Assembly (NCBI RefSeq): GCF_001457615.1 | Contig: NZ_LN831024.1 | Coordinates: forward strand, 4,530,001 to 4,562,000 | Direction: 5' to 3' | Source: Pseudomonas aeruginosa | GTDB taxonomy: Bacteria > Pseudomonadota > Gammaproteobacteria > Pseudomonadales > Pseudomonadaceae | DNA length: 32,000 nucleotides | Shown here: positions 16,527 through 28,148 of the stretch, one piece after another | Numbering within the stretch: position 1 is the first letter of the stretch | How the letters are laid out: every line of letters begins with the position of its first letter | Position numbers and translations under genes: made by a program | The notes under the pieces: generated by a model | The model's database searches: none | The model's input: only the letters and a program-made list of their open reading frames with translations | Told to the model about the DNA's origin: nothing

Positions 16527-17306
16527 TCAGTTCGAACCGTAGACGTCGAAGCTGAAGTACTTGTCCTGGATCTGCTTGTACTTGCCGTTGGCGCGCAGCG
16601 CGTCGATGGCCGCGTTGAACTTGCCGGCCAGCTCGCTATCGCCCTTGCGCACGGCGATGCCGACGCCTTCGCCGAAGTACTTGGCATCGGTCAGTTGCGG
16701 ACCGACGAAGGCGTAGCCCTTGCCGGCATCGGTCTTGAGGAAGCCGTCCTCGAGGTTCACCGAGTCGGCGACCACCGCGTCGAGGCGACCGGCCACCAGG
16801 TCCATGTTGGCTTCCTGCTGGGAGTTGTAGCGCACCACTTCGACGCCGGCCGGGGTCAGTTCGGCGGAGGCGTAGCGGTCGGCGGTACTGCCACGCAGCA
16901 CGCCGGCCTTCTTGCCCTTCAGGTCGGCCTTGGGATCGTTGAGGCTGGCGCCTTCCTTCATCACGAAGCGCGCCGGGGTGTTGTAGTACTTGTTGGTGAA
17001 GTCGACCGAACGCTTGCGCTCGTCGGTGATGGTCATCGACGAGAGGATCGCATCGATCTTGCGCACCTTGAGTGCCGGGATCAGGCCGTCGAACTCCTGC
17101 TCGACCCACTTGCACTGCACCTTCATCTCTTCGCAGAGGGCATTGCCGATATCCACGTCGAAGCCTGCCAACTGGCCGTCCGGGGTCTTCAGCGAGAACG
17201 GCGGGTAGGCCGCCTCGATGCCGATGCGCACCGGCTTGTCGGCGGCGAAAGTGGGCAGGGAGAGCACGGACAGCGCCAGGGCGCCGAGAAGTGCGAGCTT
17301 CTTCAT
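16527..17306 (-). CDS. aotJ: Arginine/ornithine periplasmic binding protein
   Basis: Signal peptide [61 protein letters not shown], family 3 solute-binding protein. Confidence 0.95.
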   Translation of the reverse strand: MKKLALLGALALSVLSLPTFAADKPVRIGIEAAYPPFSLKTPDGQLAGFDVDIGNALCEEMKVQCKWVEQEFDGLIPALKVRKIDAILSSMTITDERKRSVDFTNKYYNTPARFVMKEGASLNDPKADLKGKKAGVLRGSTADRYASAELTPAGVEVVRYNSQQEANMDLVAGRLDAVVADSVNLEDGFLKTDAGKGYAFVGPQLTDAKYFGEGVGIAVRKGDSELAGKFNAAIDALRANGKYKQIQDKYFSFDVYGSN

Positions 17307-17466
17307 CTGGAACTCCTTCGAAGGGGATGGCATCGATTGGCAGGAGAAATAGAACCTTGCCCAGGCTGCCGACGGATATGCGTGATCACCGGCTCTTGCG
17401 CATGGCGCCTTCTCGTGGACAGGGCGCCAGCTGGGGTGAGCGGCATTCTAGCGACAGGCCGAAAGT

Positions 17467-17541
17467 GGTTATTTCTTCAATGCGACAACTAATTATAAAA
17501 GCACCGAAGAGGGCATTCGGCGATATTGACAGGCAGCGACA
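17467..17541 (-). promoter_or_regulatory. Candidate aotJ promoter with two ArgR-type half-sites
   Basis: Minus-strand TGTCGCATTGAAGAAA (gcgaca at 17482-17487) and TGTCGCTGCCTGTCAA (gcgaca at 17536-17541) both fit TGTCGC-N8-AA; -10-like TATAAT (attata, 17492-17497). Confidence 0.7.
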
Positions 17542-17797
17542 TTTGTGCCCGGAAAGCGCGAAGTGTAATCAATGAGTAAAGCAAATCTCAAGCCATAAAT
17601 TGCCAATTCCTTCTCCTTCAATGGCTTGGCCGCTACGACTCGCCTCGACTGCTACCCCGTGTCGCACCTTGGCTGTGCGTGGCGTTTCCTCTCGCCCCAA
17701 TTATGCGCAGGCGCGCATCACCGAAGTGTTACCGCCGCCCCATTCCCGGCGCGAGCCCATTCGAAACGCCCTCCTCCTCGGCCCGCGCCAAATGAAA

Positions 17798-17827
17798 GAC
17801 CCCGCGCGGCTCGCACCGCGCGGGGTC
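17798..17827 (-). terminator. Rho-independent terminator downstream of acsA
   Basis: Perfect 12-bp stem GACCCCGCGCGG-ctcgca-CCGCGCGGGGTC; on the minus strand it is followed by TTTCATTT. The plus side is also followed by gttt, so it may be bidirectional. Confidence 0.85.
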
Positions 17828-17846
17828 GTTTCGGATCAGGCGGAAG

Positions 17847-19802
<1,956 letters not shown>

Positions 19803-19902
19803 GGCTTTAACCTCGGTACGTGAGTGTTGTTTTTGTTGTGCCCAGTTGTAGCGAGCGCACACCCCACGAACCATACGACCATGGTCTTACCACTGCGCGA
19901 CA

Positions 19903-19938
19903 GCGCCGATCGTAGCTATAAGCCGCGCCGATCGTAGC
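19903..19938. repeat. Two exact 14-bp direct repeats (gcgccgatcgtagc) with 22-bp period upstream of acsA
   Basis: Copies at 19903-19916 and 19925-19938; each contains the palindrome CGATCG. Confidence 0.9.
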
Positions 19939-19984
19939 CTTGCGCCGGGCGGCGGAGCGCGTCCCGCGCCCCGCCGCCGCGACC

Positions 19985-21268
19985 TCAACTCATGCCCAGC
20001 AGGCCCGGCAGCCACAGCGAGATCAACGGCACGTAGGTCACCAGGATCAGGAACAGCAGCAGAATCATCAGCCACGGCAGCGCCGCGCGGATGGTCGCCC
20101 CCAGCGGCATGCCAGTGACCGCCGAAGTGACGAACAGGTTGAGGCCGACCGGCGGGTGTACCAGGCCGATCTCCATGTTCACCACCATGACGATGCCCAG
20201 GTGGATCGGATCGATGCCCAGCCTCATGGCGATGGGGAAGAAGATCGGCGCCAGGATCAGCACGATCGCCGAGGGCTCCATGAAGCTGCCGGCGACCAGT
20301 AGCACCACGTTGACCATCAGCAGGAAGCCGATCGGGGTCAGGCCTTCCTGCACCACCCATTCGGTGATCTGCTGGGGGATCTGCTCGGTGGTCAACACAT
20401 GGGCGAAGAGCATGGCGTTGGCGATGATGAACATCAGCATGATGCTCAGCCGCCCCGACTCCAGCAGCACCTTGGGACAGTCGCGCAGGCGCATGTCCTT
20501 GTACACGAACAGCGCGACGAAGGCCGAATACACCGCCGCCACCGCCGCCGCCTCGGTGGGGGTGAACAGCCCGGAATAGATGCCGCCGAGGATGATCACC
20601 AGCAGCAACAGGCCCCAGCCTGCACGGCGTGCGGCGGCCAGCCACTCGCGGAAGCTGGCGCGCGGCTGCGCCGGCAGCTTCTTGACCCGTGCGACGATGT
20701 AGATCACCACCATCAGGATCACCCCGAGCAACAACCCCGGAACCACCCCGGCGACGAACAGCTTGCCCACCGAGGTCTCGGTGGCGGCGGCGTAGACCAC
20801 CATCACGATCGATGGCGGGATGAGGATACCCAGGGTCCCGGCGTTGCAGATGATCCCCGCGCCGAAGGCGCGCGGATAGCCGGAGCGGACCATGCCGGCC
20901 ACGGCGATCGAGCCGACCGCCGCCACCGTCGCCGGCGACGAACCGGACAGCGCGGCGAACAGCATGCAGGCGAGCACCGCAGCGATCGCCAGGCCGCCGC
21001 GGATATGCCCGACGCAGGCATTGGCGAAGTCGATCAGGCGCCGCGCCACGCCACCGGTGGTCATGAACGCGCCGGAGAGCAGGAAGAACGGGATCGCCAG
21101 CAGGGTGTAGGCCTCGGAGGTCTCGAACAGCTTGATCGCCAGCGAGCGCACCGAATCCGGGCTGAACAGCAGGATCGTCAGGGCGCCGGACAGCCCCAGG
21201 GAGATGGCGATGGGCACGCCGATGAACATGAACAGGAACAGCAGCAGGAACAGGATCAGCACGGTCAT
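19985..21268 (-). CDS. TRAP transporter large permease (DctM family)
   Basis: 427 aa from MTVLILFLLLFLFMFIGVPIAISLGLSG; highly hydrophobic; FAALSGSSPATVAAVGSI, GYPRAFGAGIICNAGTLGILIPPSI, HPPVGLNLFVTSAVTG. Confidence 0.95.
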   Translation of the reverse strand: MTVLILFLLLFLFMFIGVPIAISLGLSGALTILLFSPDSVRSLAIKLFETSEAYTLLAIPFFLLSGAFMTTGGVARRLIDFANACVGHIRGGLAIAAVLACMLFAALSGSSPATVAAVGSIAVAGMVRSGYPRAFGAGIICNAGTLGILIPPSIVMVVYAAATETSVGKLFVAGVVPGLLLGVILMVVIYIVARVKKLPAQPRASFREWLAAARRAGWGLLLLVIILGGIYSGLFTPTEAAAVAAVYSAFVALFVYKDMRLRDCPKVLLESGRLSIMLMFIIANAMLFAHVLTTEQIPQQITEWVVQEGLTPIGFLLMVNVVLLVAGSFMEPSAIVLILAPIFFPIAMRLGIDPIHLGIVMVVNMEIGLVHPPVGLNLFVTSAVTGMPLGATIRAALPWLMILLLFLILVTYVPLISLWLPGLLGMS

Positions 21269-21903
21269 GGACGGTTCTCCCCGGCCTCTTCGCCGGCCAG
21301 TTTGGAGGCCTCGGCGGCCTCGTCGGCGAGGCCCAGCCCGAGCTGGCGACCGCGCAACAGGTTGACGAGGATTTCCAGGTAGCGCAGCAGCACCAGGCCG
21401 AAGCCGACCGGCACCACCACCGCGATGTAGGCCTGGAGGATGCCGAAGTGGTCGAGGTCCTCGGCGCCGATGCCGGCGACCAACAGGGTCTTCACCCAGT
21501 CGTAGCTGGCGACCATGAACAGCCCGGCGTAGCCCAGGCAGCAGAGGCAGGCGAGTATCCCGATCAGGCGCTGCAAGGGACGCGGCGCCAGGCGCACCAG
21601 GGCATCCACCCCGAGGTGGCCGGCGGTGCGTACGCCGTAGGCGATGCCGAGGAAGATCAGCCAGCCGAACAGCGCCTTGGTCAGCGCGTTGCTCCAGGAC
21701 ATATCCTGGGCTACCCCGAGGATCGCGTCGCCCATCGAGTACAGCGGAGCCCGCAGTGTCGGCAGGCGGTCGCCGAGGTCGTAGAACAGGGTGAAGACGT
21801 TGGTCATCACCACATAGAGGAAGGTCACCAGCGTCATCGCCGCCAGCAGGAAGGCGATAGCGCCCTCCTCGAAGCGGTTCCAGACGCGCACGAGTCGATT
21901 CAT
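21265..21903 (-). CDS. TRAP transporter small permease (DctQ family)
   Basis: Four-TM-type hydrophobic protein MNRLVRVWNRFEEGAIAFLLAAMTLVTFLYV...RTAGHLGVDALVRL; ATG start at 21903 (GTG at 21918 alternative); 4-bp overlap with the large permease gene. Confidence 0.9.
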   Translation of the reverse strand: MNRLVRVWNRFEEGAIAFLLAAMTLVTFLYVVMTNVFTLFYDLGDRLPTLRAPLYSMGDAILGVAQDMSWSNALTKALFGWLIFLGIAYGVRTAGHLGVDALVRLAPRPLQRLIGILACLCCLGYAGLFMVASYDWVKTLLVAGIGAEDLDHFGILQAYIAVVVPVGFGLVLLRYLEILVNLLRGRQLGLGLADEAAEASKLAGEEAGENRP

Positions 21904-21951
21904 CGCAGCGTTCTCCACAATGCCCCGCCCGGCCGGGCGGGGCCGGACGGG

Positions 21952-22956
<1,005 letters not shown>

Positions 22957-23036
22957 TCAGATTGTTGTTGTGCTTTCGAGGTATCGACGAGCCTGACGCA
23001 GCCGGCGCGTTCGGAGAATTCGCCATTGCTCAAGCC

Positions 23037-23059
23037 CGCGTTCGCGTCTGTCGAACGCG
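23037..23059. repeat. Intra-operon inverted repeat (hairpin) immediately downstream of ccl
   Basis: cgcgttcg-cgtctgt-cgaacgcg, perfect 8-bp arms with 7-nt loop; one base beyond the ccl stop codon complement at 23061. Confidence 0.8.
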
Positions 23060-23060
23060 T

Positions 23061-23888
23061 TCAGCCGCCCTCCCCGGCCCGCTCCAGCAGGCGTCGCGCG
23101 CGTCCCAGCACCGGCGCGTCGACCATCTCGCCGTCGACCACGAAGACGCCGGCACCGGAGGCGCCGGCCTCTGCCACCCGACGCGCCCACTCCAGTTCCG
23201 CGGGACTCGGCATCAATGTCTGGTGGATCGGCTCGACCTGGCTCGGATGGATGCACAGCAACCCGCCGAAGCCCATGTCGCGAGCGAAGCGCACTGCCTC
23301 GACCAGTCCGGCACGGTTCTGGATCGCCGGATAGACGCCGTCCAGCGGCGGCGCCAGGCCTGCCAGGCGCGATTGCAGGAGCAGTGCGTAACGGGCGTGA
23401 CCGAGAATCTGTTCGGCTGCGTTGCTGCCGCTGTTGAGATCGAGGTCCAGGGCCAGGTCGAGGCTGCCGAAGGACAGCCGCTCGACCCCCGCGGCGGCGG
23501 CGATCTCGCCTAGCGCGGCAAGGCCGCGGGCACTCTCGACGATGGGCCAGACCGGCTTGCCGCTGGCCACGGCGGCGTGGCGCACCTGGGCGGCGCTCTC
23601 CACTTTCGGCAGGAGCAGGCCGATCACTCCGGCGTGGTCGCGGCACAGCGCCAGGTCGTCGGCATGCCCGGGATGCTCCGCCGCGTTGATCCGCACCAGC
23701 ACCCGGGCTTCCGGCGTATCGACGAGGAAACGCCGGAGATTGGCCCGCGCCTCGACCTTCAGCCCCTCTTCCACCGCATCCTCGAGGTCGACGATGACCC
23801 GGTCGGCGCCGCTGGCAAGGGCCTTGGGGATCCGCTCCGGGCGGGTCGCCGGGACGAACAGCGCGCTGCGCACGATCTGTCGGTTCAT
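23061..23888 (-). CDS. ccl: (S)-citramalyl-CoA lyase (CitE/HpcH aldolase family)
   Basis: 275 aa from MNRQIVRSALFVPATRPERIPKALASGADRVIVDLEDAVEEGLK; adjacent to the CoA-transferase gene in the itaconate operon. Confidence 0.88.
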   Translation of the reverse strand: MNRQIVRSALFVPATRPERIPKALASGADRVIVDLEDAVEEGLKVEARANLRRFLVDTPEARVLVRINAAEHPGHADDLALCRDHAGVIGLLLPKVESAAQVRHAAVASGKPVWPIVESARGLAALGEIAAAAGVERLSFGSLDLALDLDLNSGSNAAEQILGHARYALLLQSRLAGLAPPLDGVYPAIQNRAGLVEAVRFARDMGFGGLLCIHPSQVEPIHQTLMPSPAELEWARRVAEAGASGAGVFVVDGEMVDAPVLGRARRLLERAGEGG

Positions 23889-23898
23889 GTCCGTCTCC

Positions 23899-25101
23899 TC
23901 ATACCGTTCCGGTCGCGCGCAGGCGCTGGATATCGGCCGCGGTACAGCCCAGTTCGGCAAGCAGTGCGTCGCTGTCGCCGCCCAGCGCCGGCACCGCATC
24001 CATGCGCGGAACGAAGGCGCTGCTGCTGGCCGGCGGCAACAACGCCGGCAGGCGCCCGGCCGGGCTGTCGATGGAGGTCCAGCGTTGCCGCGCCTGTAAC
24101 TGCGGGTGCGCCCAGACCCCGGCCATGTCGTTGACGTGGGCGTTGGCGATCTGCGCCTGTTCCAGGCGCGCCACCACCTCGGCGGCCGGCAAGGCGGCGA
24201 AGGCTTCGACGATCAGCGCACGCAGCTCTTCGCGGTTGGCCGAGCGCTTGAAGTTCGCCGAGAAGCGTTCGTCGTCGGCCAGCTCCGGGCGGCGCAGGAC
24301 CTTGTCGCAGAAGGCCCGCCACTCGCGCTCGTTCTGCAGGCCGAGCATCACTGTGCCGCCGTCGCCGGCGGGGAATGGCCCATAGGGGTAGATGGTCGAG
24401 TGCGAAGCGCCGGCGCGCGGCGGCGGCGGCGCGTCCTGGTAGGCGTAGTACATCGGGTAGCCCATCCACTCCACCAGGCTCTCCAGCATCGACACGTCGA
24501 TGCGGCTGCCCTCGCCGGTGCGCTCGCGCAGCAGCAGGGCCGAAAGGATGCTGCTGTAGGCGTACATGCCGGCGGCGATATCGGCGATCGAACAGCCGGC
24601 CTTGGCCATCTCGTTCGGCCCGGCGCCGCCGGTCACCGAAAGGAAGCCGCCCTCGCTCTGGATCAGCAGGTCGTAGGCCTTCTTCTTCTCGTAGGGACCG
24701 CCTTCGCCGTAGCCGGAGATATCGCAGACGATCAGTCGCGGGAAGCGCTCGCGCAACGCCTCGTAGGACAGGCCCAGGCGCGCGGCGGCGCCCGGCGCGA
24801 GGTTCTGCACCAGCACGTCGGCGCCGGCCAGCAGCTTCTCCAGCAACGGCAGCGCCTCGGCCTGCTTGAGATCGAGGCTGAGGCTCTGCTTGGAACGATT
24901 GGTCCAGACGAAGTGCGACGACAGGCCGTTGACCCGCTCGTCGTAACCGCGGGCGAAATCGCCGACGCCGGGGCGTTCGATCTTGATCACCCGCGCGCCG
25001 AGATCGGCCAGTTGGCGGGTGCAGAACGGCGCGGCGATGGCGTGCTCCAGGCTGACCACGGTGATGCCGTCGAGCGGGCGCGGTCGGTGGGATTGTGTCA
25101 T
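23899..25101 (-). CDS. ict: Class III CoA-transferase, likely itaconate CoA-transferase
   Basis: 400 aa CaiB/BaiF family: LDGITVVSLEHAIAAPFCTRQLADLGARVIKIERPGVGDFARGYD; FVWTNRSKQSLSLDLK. Specificity inferred from synteny. Confidence 0.88.
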   Translation of the reverse strand: MTQSHRPRPLDGITVVSLEHAIAAPFCTRQLADLGARVIKIERPGVGDFARGYDERVNGLSSHFVWTNRSKQSLSLDLKQAEALPLLEKLLAGADVLVQNLAPGAAARLGLSYEALRERFPRLIVCDISGYGEGGPYEKKKAYDLLIQSEGGFLSVTGGAGPNEMAKAGCSIADIAAGMYAYSSILSALLLRERTGEGSRIDVSMLESLVEWMGYPMYYAYQDAPPPPRAGASHSTIYPYGPFPAGDGGTVMLGLQNEREWRAFCDKVLRRPELADDERFSANFKRSANREELRALIVEAFAALPAAEVVARLEQAQIANAHVNDMAGVWAHPQLQARQRWTSIDSPAGRLPALLPPASSSAFVPRMDAVPALGGDSDALLAELGCTAADIQRLRATGTV

Positions 25102-25156
25102 GGGTCGGACTCCCTGCCCTCGTCCGTCGAAGACGAGGTGCGGCTGGTTCGGTTGA

Positions 25157-26509
25157 TCAGATCAGCGGCGCTACGGAAGGCGCCTGGCGCAGGCCCCAGG
25201 CGCGCTGGATGAGGATTTCCGCCTCGGCGTCGGTGGCCGCGCCGGAGAACGCCAGCAGGCGGCGGAACTTATCGGCCAGTTCGTCGCGGCTGAGGGTATT
25301 GCCGGGATCGCCCTTGGGTTCGTCGATGGCGGCGGTATGGCGCCGCCCCTGGCGATCGAGCACTTCGACCCGCCCGAGCCAGCGCTGCGGATAGGCGGCG
25401 TCGACCTCCGGGTCCAGGCGCATCTCGACCCGCTCGCGGAACGCTGCGACCCGCGGGTCGCTCAGCGCATGCCGATGGAACTCGCCGAGGCCGGCCTTGC
25501 CGTACACGGCGATCAGGCCCAGCACGGTGCCCATGGAGAACTTCGCCTGGTGCACGGTCTGCGGCTCGACCACCCGGCCGAGCACGTCGATGGCGCCCTG
25601 GTGGACCCGCGCGGTGACCGCGGCGATCTGCGAGTGATCGAGCCCTTCGCGCTGCATCAGCGCCAGCAGCGCGTCGGCCGCGGGATGGGTATGGCGGCAC
25701 GAGGCGTGGAACTTGAACGAGGTTTCCAGCAACGCCCAGCGGCTGCCGAGGCGATCCACCAGGCGCTCGGGGTCGGCGTCGCTGGACATCCCGGCGGCCA
25801 TCCCCTGCTCGCCTTCGAGGATGTGTCGCGCGCCGCTCAGGCCGTCGGCGGTGAGATAGGCGGCGAGCAGCCCGTCGGCGGCGGCCTTGGCGGTATGCAA
25901 CTGCTTGGAATCGGCGGCGTCGCGGAGGAACTCCCAGAGCCCGGCGGCCTGGGTTCCGGCGCTGCCGAGCAGGTCGACGAAGCGCTCGCGGTCGAAGTCC
26001 ATCAGCTTGCCCACCGCCACTGCCGCGGCGAGGGTGCCGACCGTGGCAGTGGTATGGAACACCCGGTAGTGGGAACGGCCGAGGAATTCGCCGATGCGGA
26101 TGCCGGCCTCGTAGCCGGCCACCGCCGCGAGGATCAGCTCGGCGCCGCTGCGGCCGAGGTCCTGGGCCGCGGCCAGGGCAGCAGGGAAGACCACCGCCGC
26201 GGGGTGCAGCACCGAGCTGTTGTGCAGGTCGTCCTGCTCCACCACGTGGGAAGCCGCGCCGTTCACCAGGGCGGCGAAATACGGCGAGCTGCGCCGCCGG
26301 CTGGGCAGGATCTGCGCGCTACCGTCGGCCGGGCCCATGCGTTCGGCGTAGCGCTCGAACAATGGGATCGGATGCTGGCCCTTGCCGGCCAGCGCCGAGC
26401 CGAGCCAGTCGAGGAACAATTCTTCCATCCGCGCCAACACCGCCGGCGGCAGGTCCTGGTAGCGCAGGCCGGCGAGAAAGCCGGCGAGTTGCTGGGTGTA
26501 GTCGGTCAT
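25157..26509 (-). CDS. MmgE/PrpD family protein
   Basis: 450 aa from MTDYTQQLAGFLAGLRYQDLPPAVLARMEELFLDWLGSALAG; HPTAAVFPAAL-type motif (SSVLHPAAVVFPAALAAAQDLG). Confidence 0.9.
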   Translation of the reverse strand: MTDYTQQLAGFLAGLRYQDLPPAVLARMEELFLDWLGSALAGKGQHPIPLFERYAERMGPADGSAQILPSRRRSSPYFAALVNGAASHVVEQDDLHNSSVLHPAAVVFPAALAAAQDLGRSGAELILAAVAGYEAGIRIGEFLGRSHYRVFHTTATVGTLAAAVAVGKLMDFDRERFVDLLGSAGTQAAGLWEFLRDAADSKQLHTAKAAADGLLAAYLTADGLSGARHILEGEQGMAAGMSSDADPERLVDRLGSRWALLETSFKFHASCRHTHPAADALLALMQREGLDHSQIAAVTARVHQGAIDVLGRVVEPQTVHQAKFSMGTVLGLIAVYGKAGLGEFHRHALSDPRVAAFRERVEMRLDPEVDAAYPQRWLGRVEVLDRQGRRHTAAIDEPKGDPGNTLSRDELADKFRRLLAFSGAATDAEAEILIQRAWGLRQAPSVAPLI

Positions 26510-26547
26510 GACCAACGCTCTCTTGTAGTTGTCCCGAGGCACGCGGC

Positions 26548-26928
26548 CTACAGCGGGTTGCTCAGTTCGATCAGGTTCAGGTCGGGGTCGCGCAGGTACA
26601 GCGAGAGGATCGGCCCGCCGGCGCCGGTGCGCTGCACCGGGCCCTCGAGGATTTCCACGGCCTGCTGGCGCAGTTGCTCGGCCACCGCCTCGAGTGGCGT
26701 GGCGACGATGAAACAGAGGTCGGCGGACCCTGGCGTAGGTCGCTCGGCCTTGGGTTCGAATTCGCCCCCGGCCTGGTGCAGGTTGATCTTCTGCGCACCG
26801 AAGGCGAGGGCCTTGCGACCCGCGCCGAAGGTAACGGCGCGCATGCCCAGCACGCGTGTGTAGAAATCGATGCTGGCGTCGATGTCGCGGACGGTGAGCA
26901 CCAGGTGGTCGAGACGGTCGATCTGCAT
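26548..26928 (-). CDS. VOC/glyoxalase-fold protein
   Basis: 126 aa MQIDRLDHLVLTVRDIDASIDFYTRVLGMRAVTF...SLYLRDPDLNLIELSNPL. Confidence 0.9.
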   Translation of the reverse strand: MQIDRLDHLVLTVRDIDASIDFYTRVLGMRAVTFGAGRKALAFGAQKINLHQAGGEFEPKAERPTPGSADLCFIVATPLEAVAEQLRQQAVEILEGPVQRTGAGGPILSLYLRDPDLNLIELSNPL

Positions 26929-26942
26929 GGGCGGCTCCCGCT

Positions 26943-28103
26943 TCAGAACGAGCGCGGCAGTTCGAGCAGGTGCTCGGCCACGTAGGACAGGATCAGGTTG
27001 GTGGAGATCGGCGCCACCTGGTACAGGCGGGTCTCGCGGAACTTGCGCTCGACGTCGTACTCGCAGGCGAAGCCGAAGCCGCCGTGGGTCTGCAGGCAGG
27101 CGTTGGCCGCCTCCCAGGAAGCTTTCGCCGCCAGGTACTTGGCCATGTTCGCGCTGGCCCCGGCGTTGAGCCCGGCGTCGTACTCCTGGCAGGCGCGCCA
27201 GCGCATCAGGTCGGCGGCCTCCACTTCGATGTGCGCCTCGGCGATGGGGAACTGCACGCCCTGGTTCTGCCCTATCGGCCGGCCGAAGACCACGCGGTCG
27301 CGGGCATAGTGGCTGGCCTTGTCGATGAACCAGCGGCCGTCGCCGATGCATTCGGCGGCGATCAGGGTGCGCTCGGCATTGAGGCCGTCGAGGATGTAGC
27401 GGAAGCCCTTGCCTTCCTCGCCGATCAGGCTATCGGCGGGGATCTCCAGGTTGTCGAAGAACAGCTCGTTGGTCTCGTGGTTGACCATGTTGGCGATCGG
27501 CTGCACGGTCAGGCCCTTGCCGATGGCCTCGCGCAGGTCGACGAGGAAGATCGACATGCCTTCGGACTTGCGCTTCACCTCGGCCAGCGGCGTGGTGCGC
27601 GCCAGCAGGATCATCAGGTCGGAGTGCTGGATCCGCGAGATCCACACCTTCTGCCCGTTGATCACATAGCGGTCGCCCTTGCGCACGGCGGTGGTCTTGA
27701 TCTTGGTGGTATCGGTGCCGGTGGTCGGCTCGGTCACCCCCATCGACTGCAGGCGCAGCTCGCCGCTGGCCAGCTTCGGCAGGTAGAAGCGCTTCTGCGC
27801 CTCGCTGCCGTTACGCAGCAACGTGAACATGTTGTACATCTGCCCGTGCACGGTGCCGGAGTTGCCGCCGCAGCGGTTGACTTCCTCCAGGATCACCGAG
27901 GCCTCGGCCAGGCCCAGACCGGAACCGCCGTACTCCTCCGGGATCATCGCCGAGAGCCAGCCGGCGTCGGTCAGGGCCTTGACGAAGGCCTCGGGAAAAC
28001 CGCGCTGCTCATCGATGCGGCGCCAGTAGGCGGCGTCGAATTCGGCGCAGAGGGCACGTACGCCCTCGCGGATCGCGTTCAGCTCTTCGCTGTTCGGATT
28101 CAT
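26943..28103 (-). CDS. Acyl-CoA dehydrogenase family protein
   Basis: 386 aa: ALTDAGWLSAMIPEEYGGSGLGLAEASVILEEV, LQSMGVTEPTTGTDTTKIKTTAVRKGDRYVINGQKVWISR, QTHGGFGFACEYDVERKFRETRLYQVAPIS. Confidence 0.93.
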   Translation of the reverse strand: MNPNSEELNAIREGVRALCAEFDAAYWRRIDEQRGFPEAFVKALTDAGWLSAMIPEEYGGSGLGLAEASVILEEVNRCGGNSGTVHGQMYNMFTLLRNGSEAQKRFYLPKLASGELRLQSMGVTEPTTGTDTTKIKTTAVRKGDRYVINGQKVWISRIQHSDLMILLARTTPLAEVKRKSEGMSIFLVDLREAIGKGLTVQPIANMVNHETNELFFDNLEIPADSLIGEEGKGFRYILDGLNAERTLIAAECIGDGRWFIDKASHYARDRVVFGRPIGQNQGVQFPIAEAHIEVEAADLMRWRACQEYDAGLNAGASANMAKYLAAKASWEAANACLQTHGGFGFACEYDVERKFRETRLYQVAPISTNLILSYVAEHLLELPRSF

Positions 28104-28148
28104 CGGTGACTCCTCGATTCTTGTCGTTGGATGGGCGCTGGGGCCCTT

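Noticed and set aside
25337-26863. 508-aa plus-strand ORF antisense to the MmgE/PrpD gene
   Set aside because: Antisense low-complexity translation; MmgE/PrpD protein is the coherent product.
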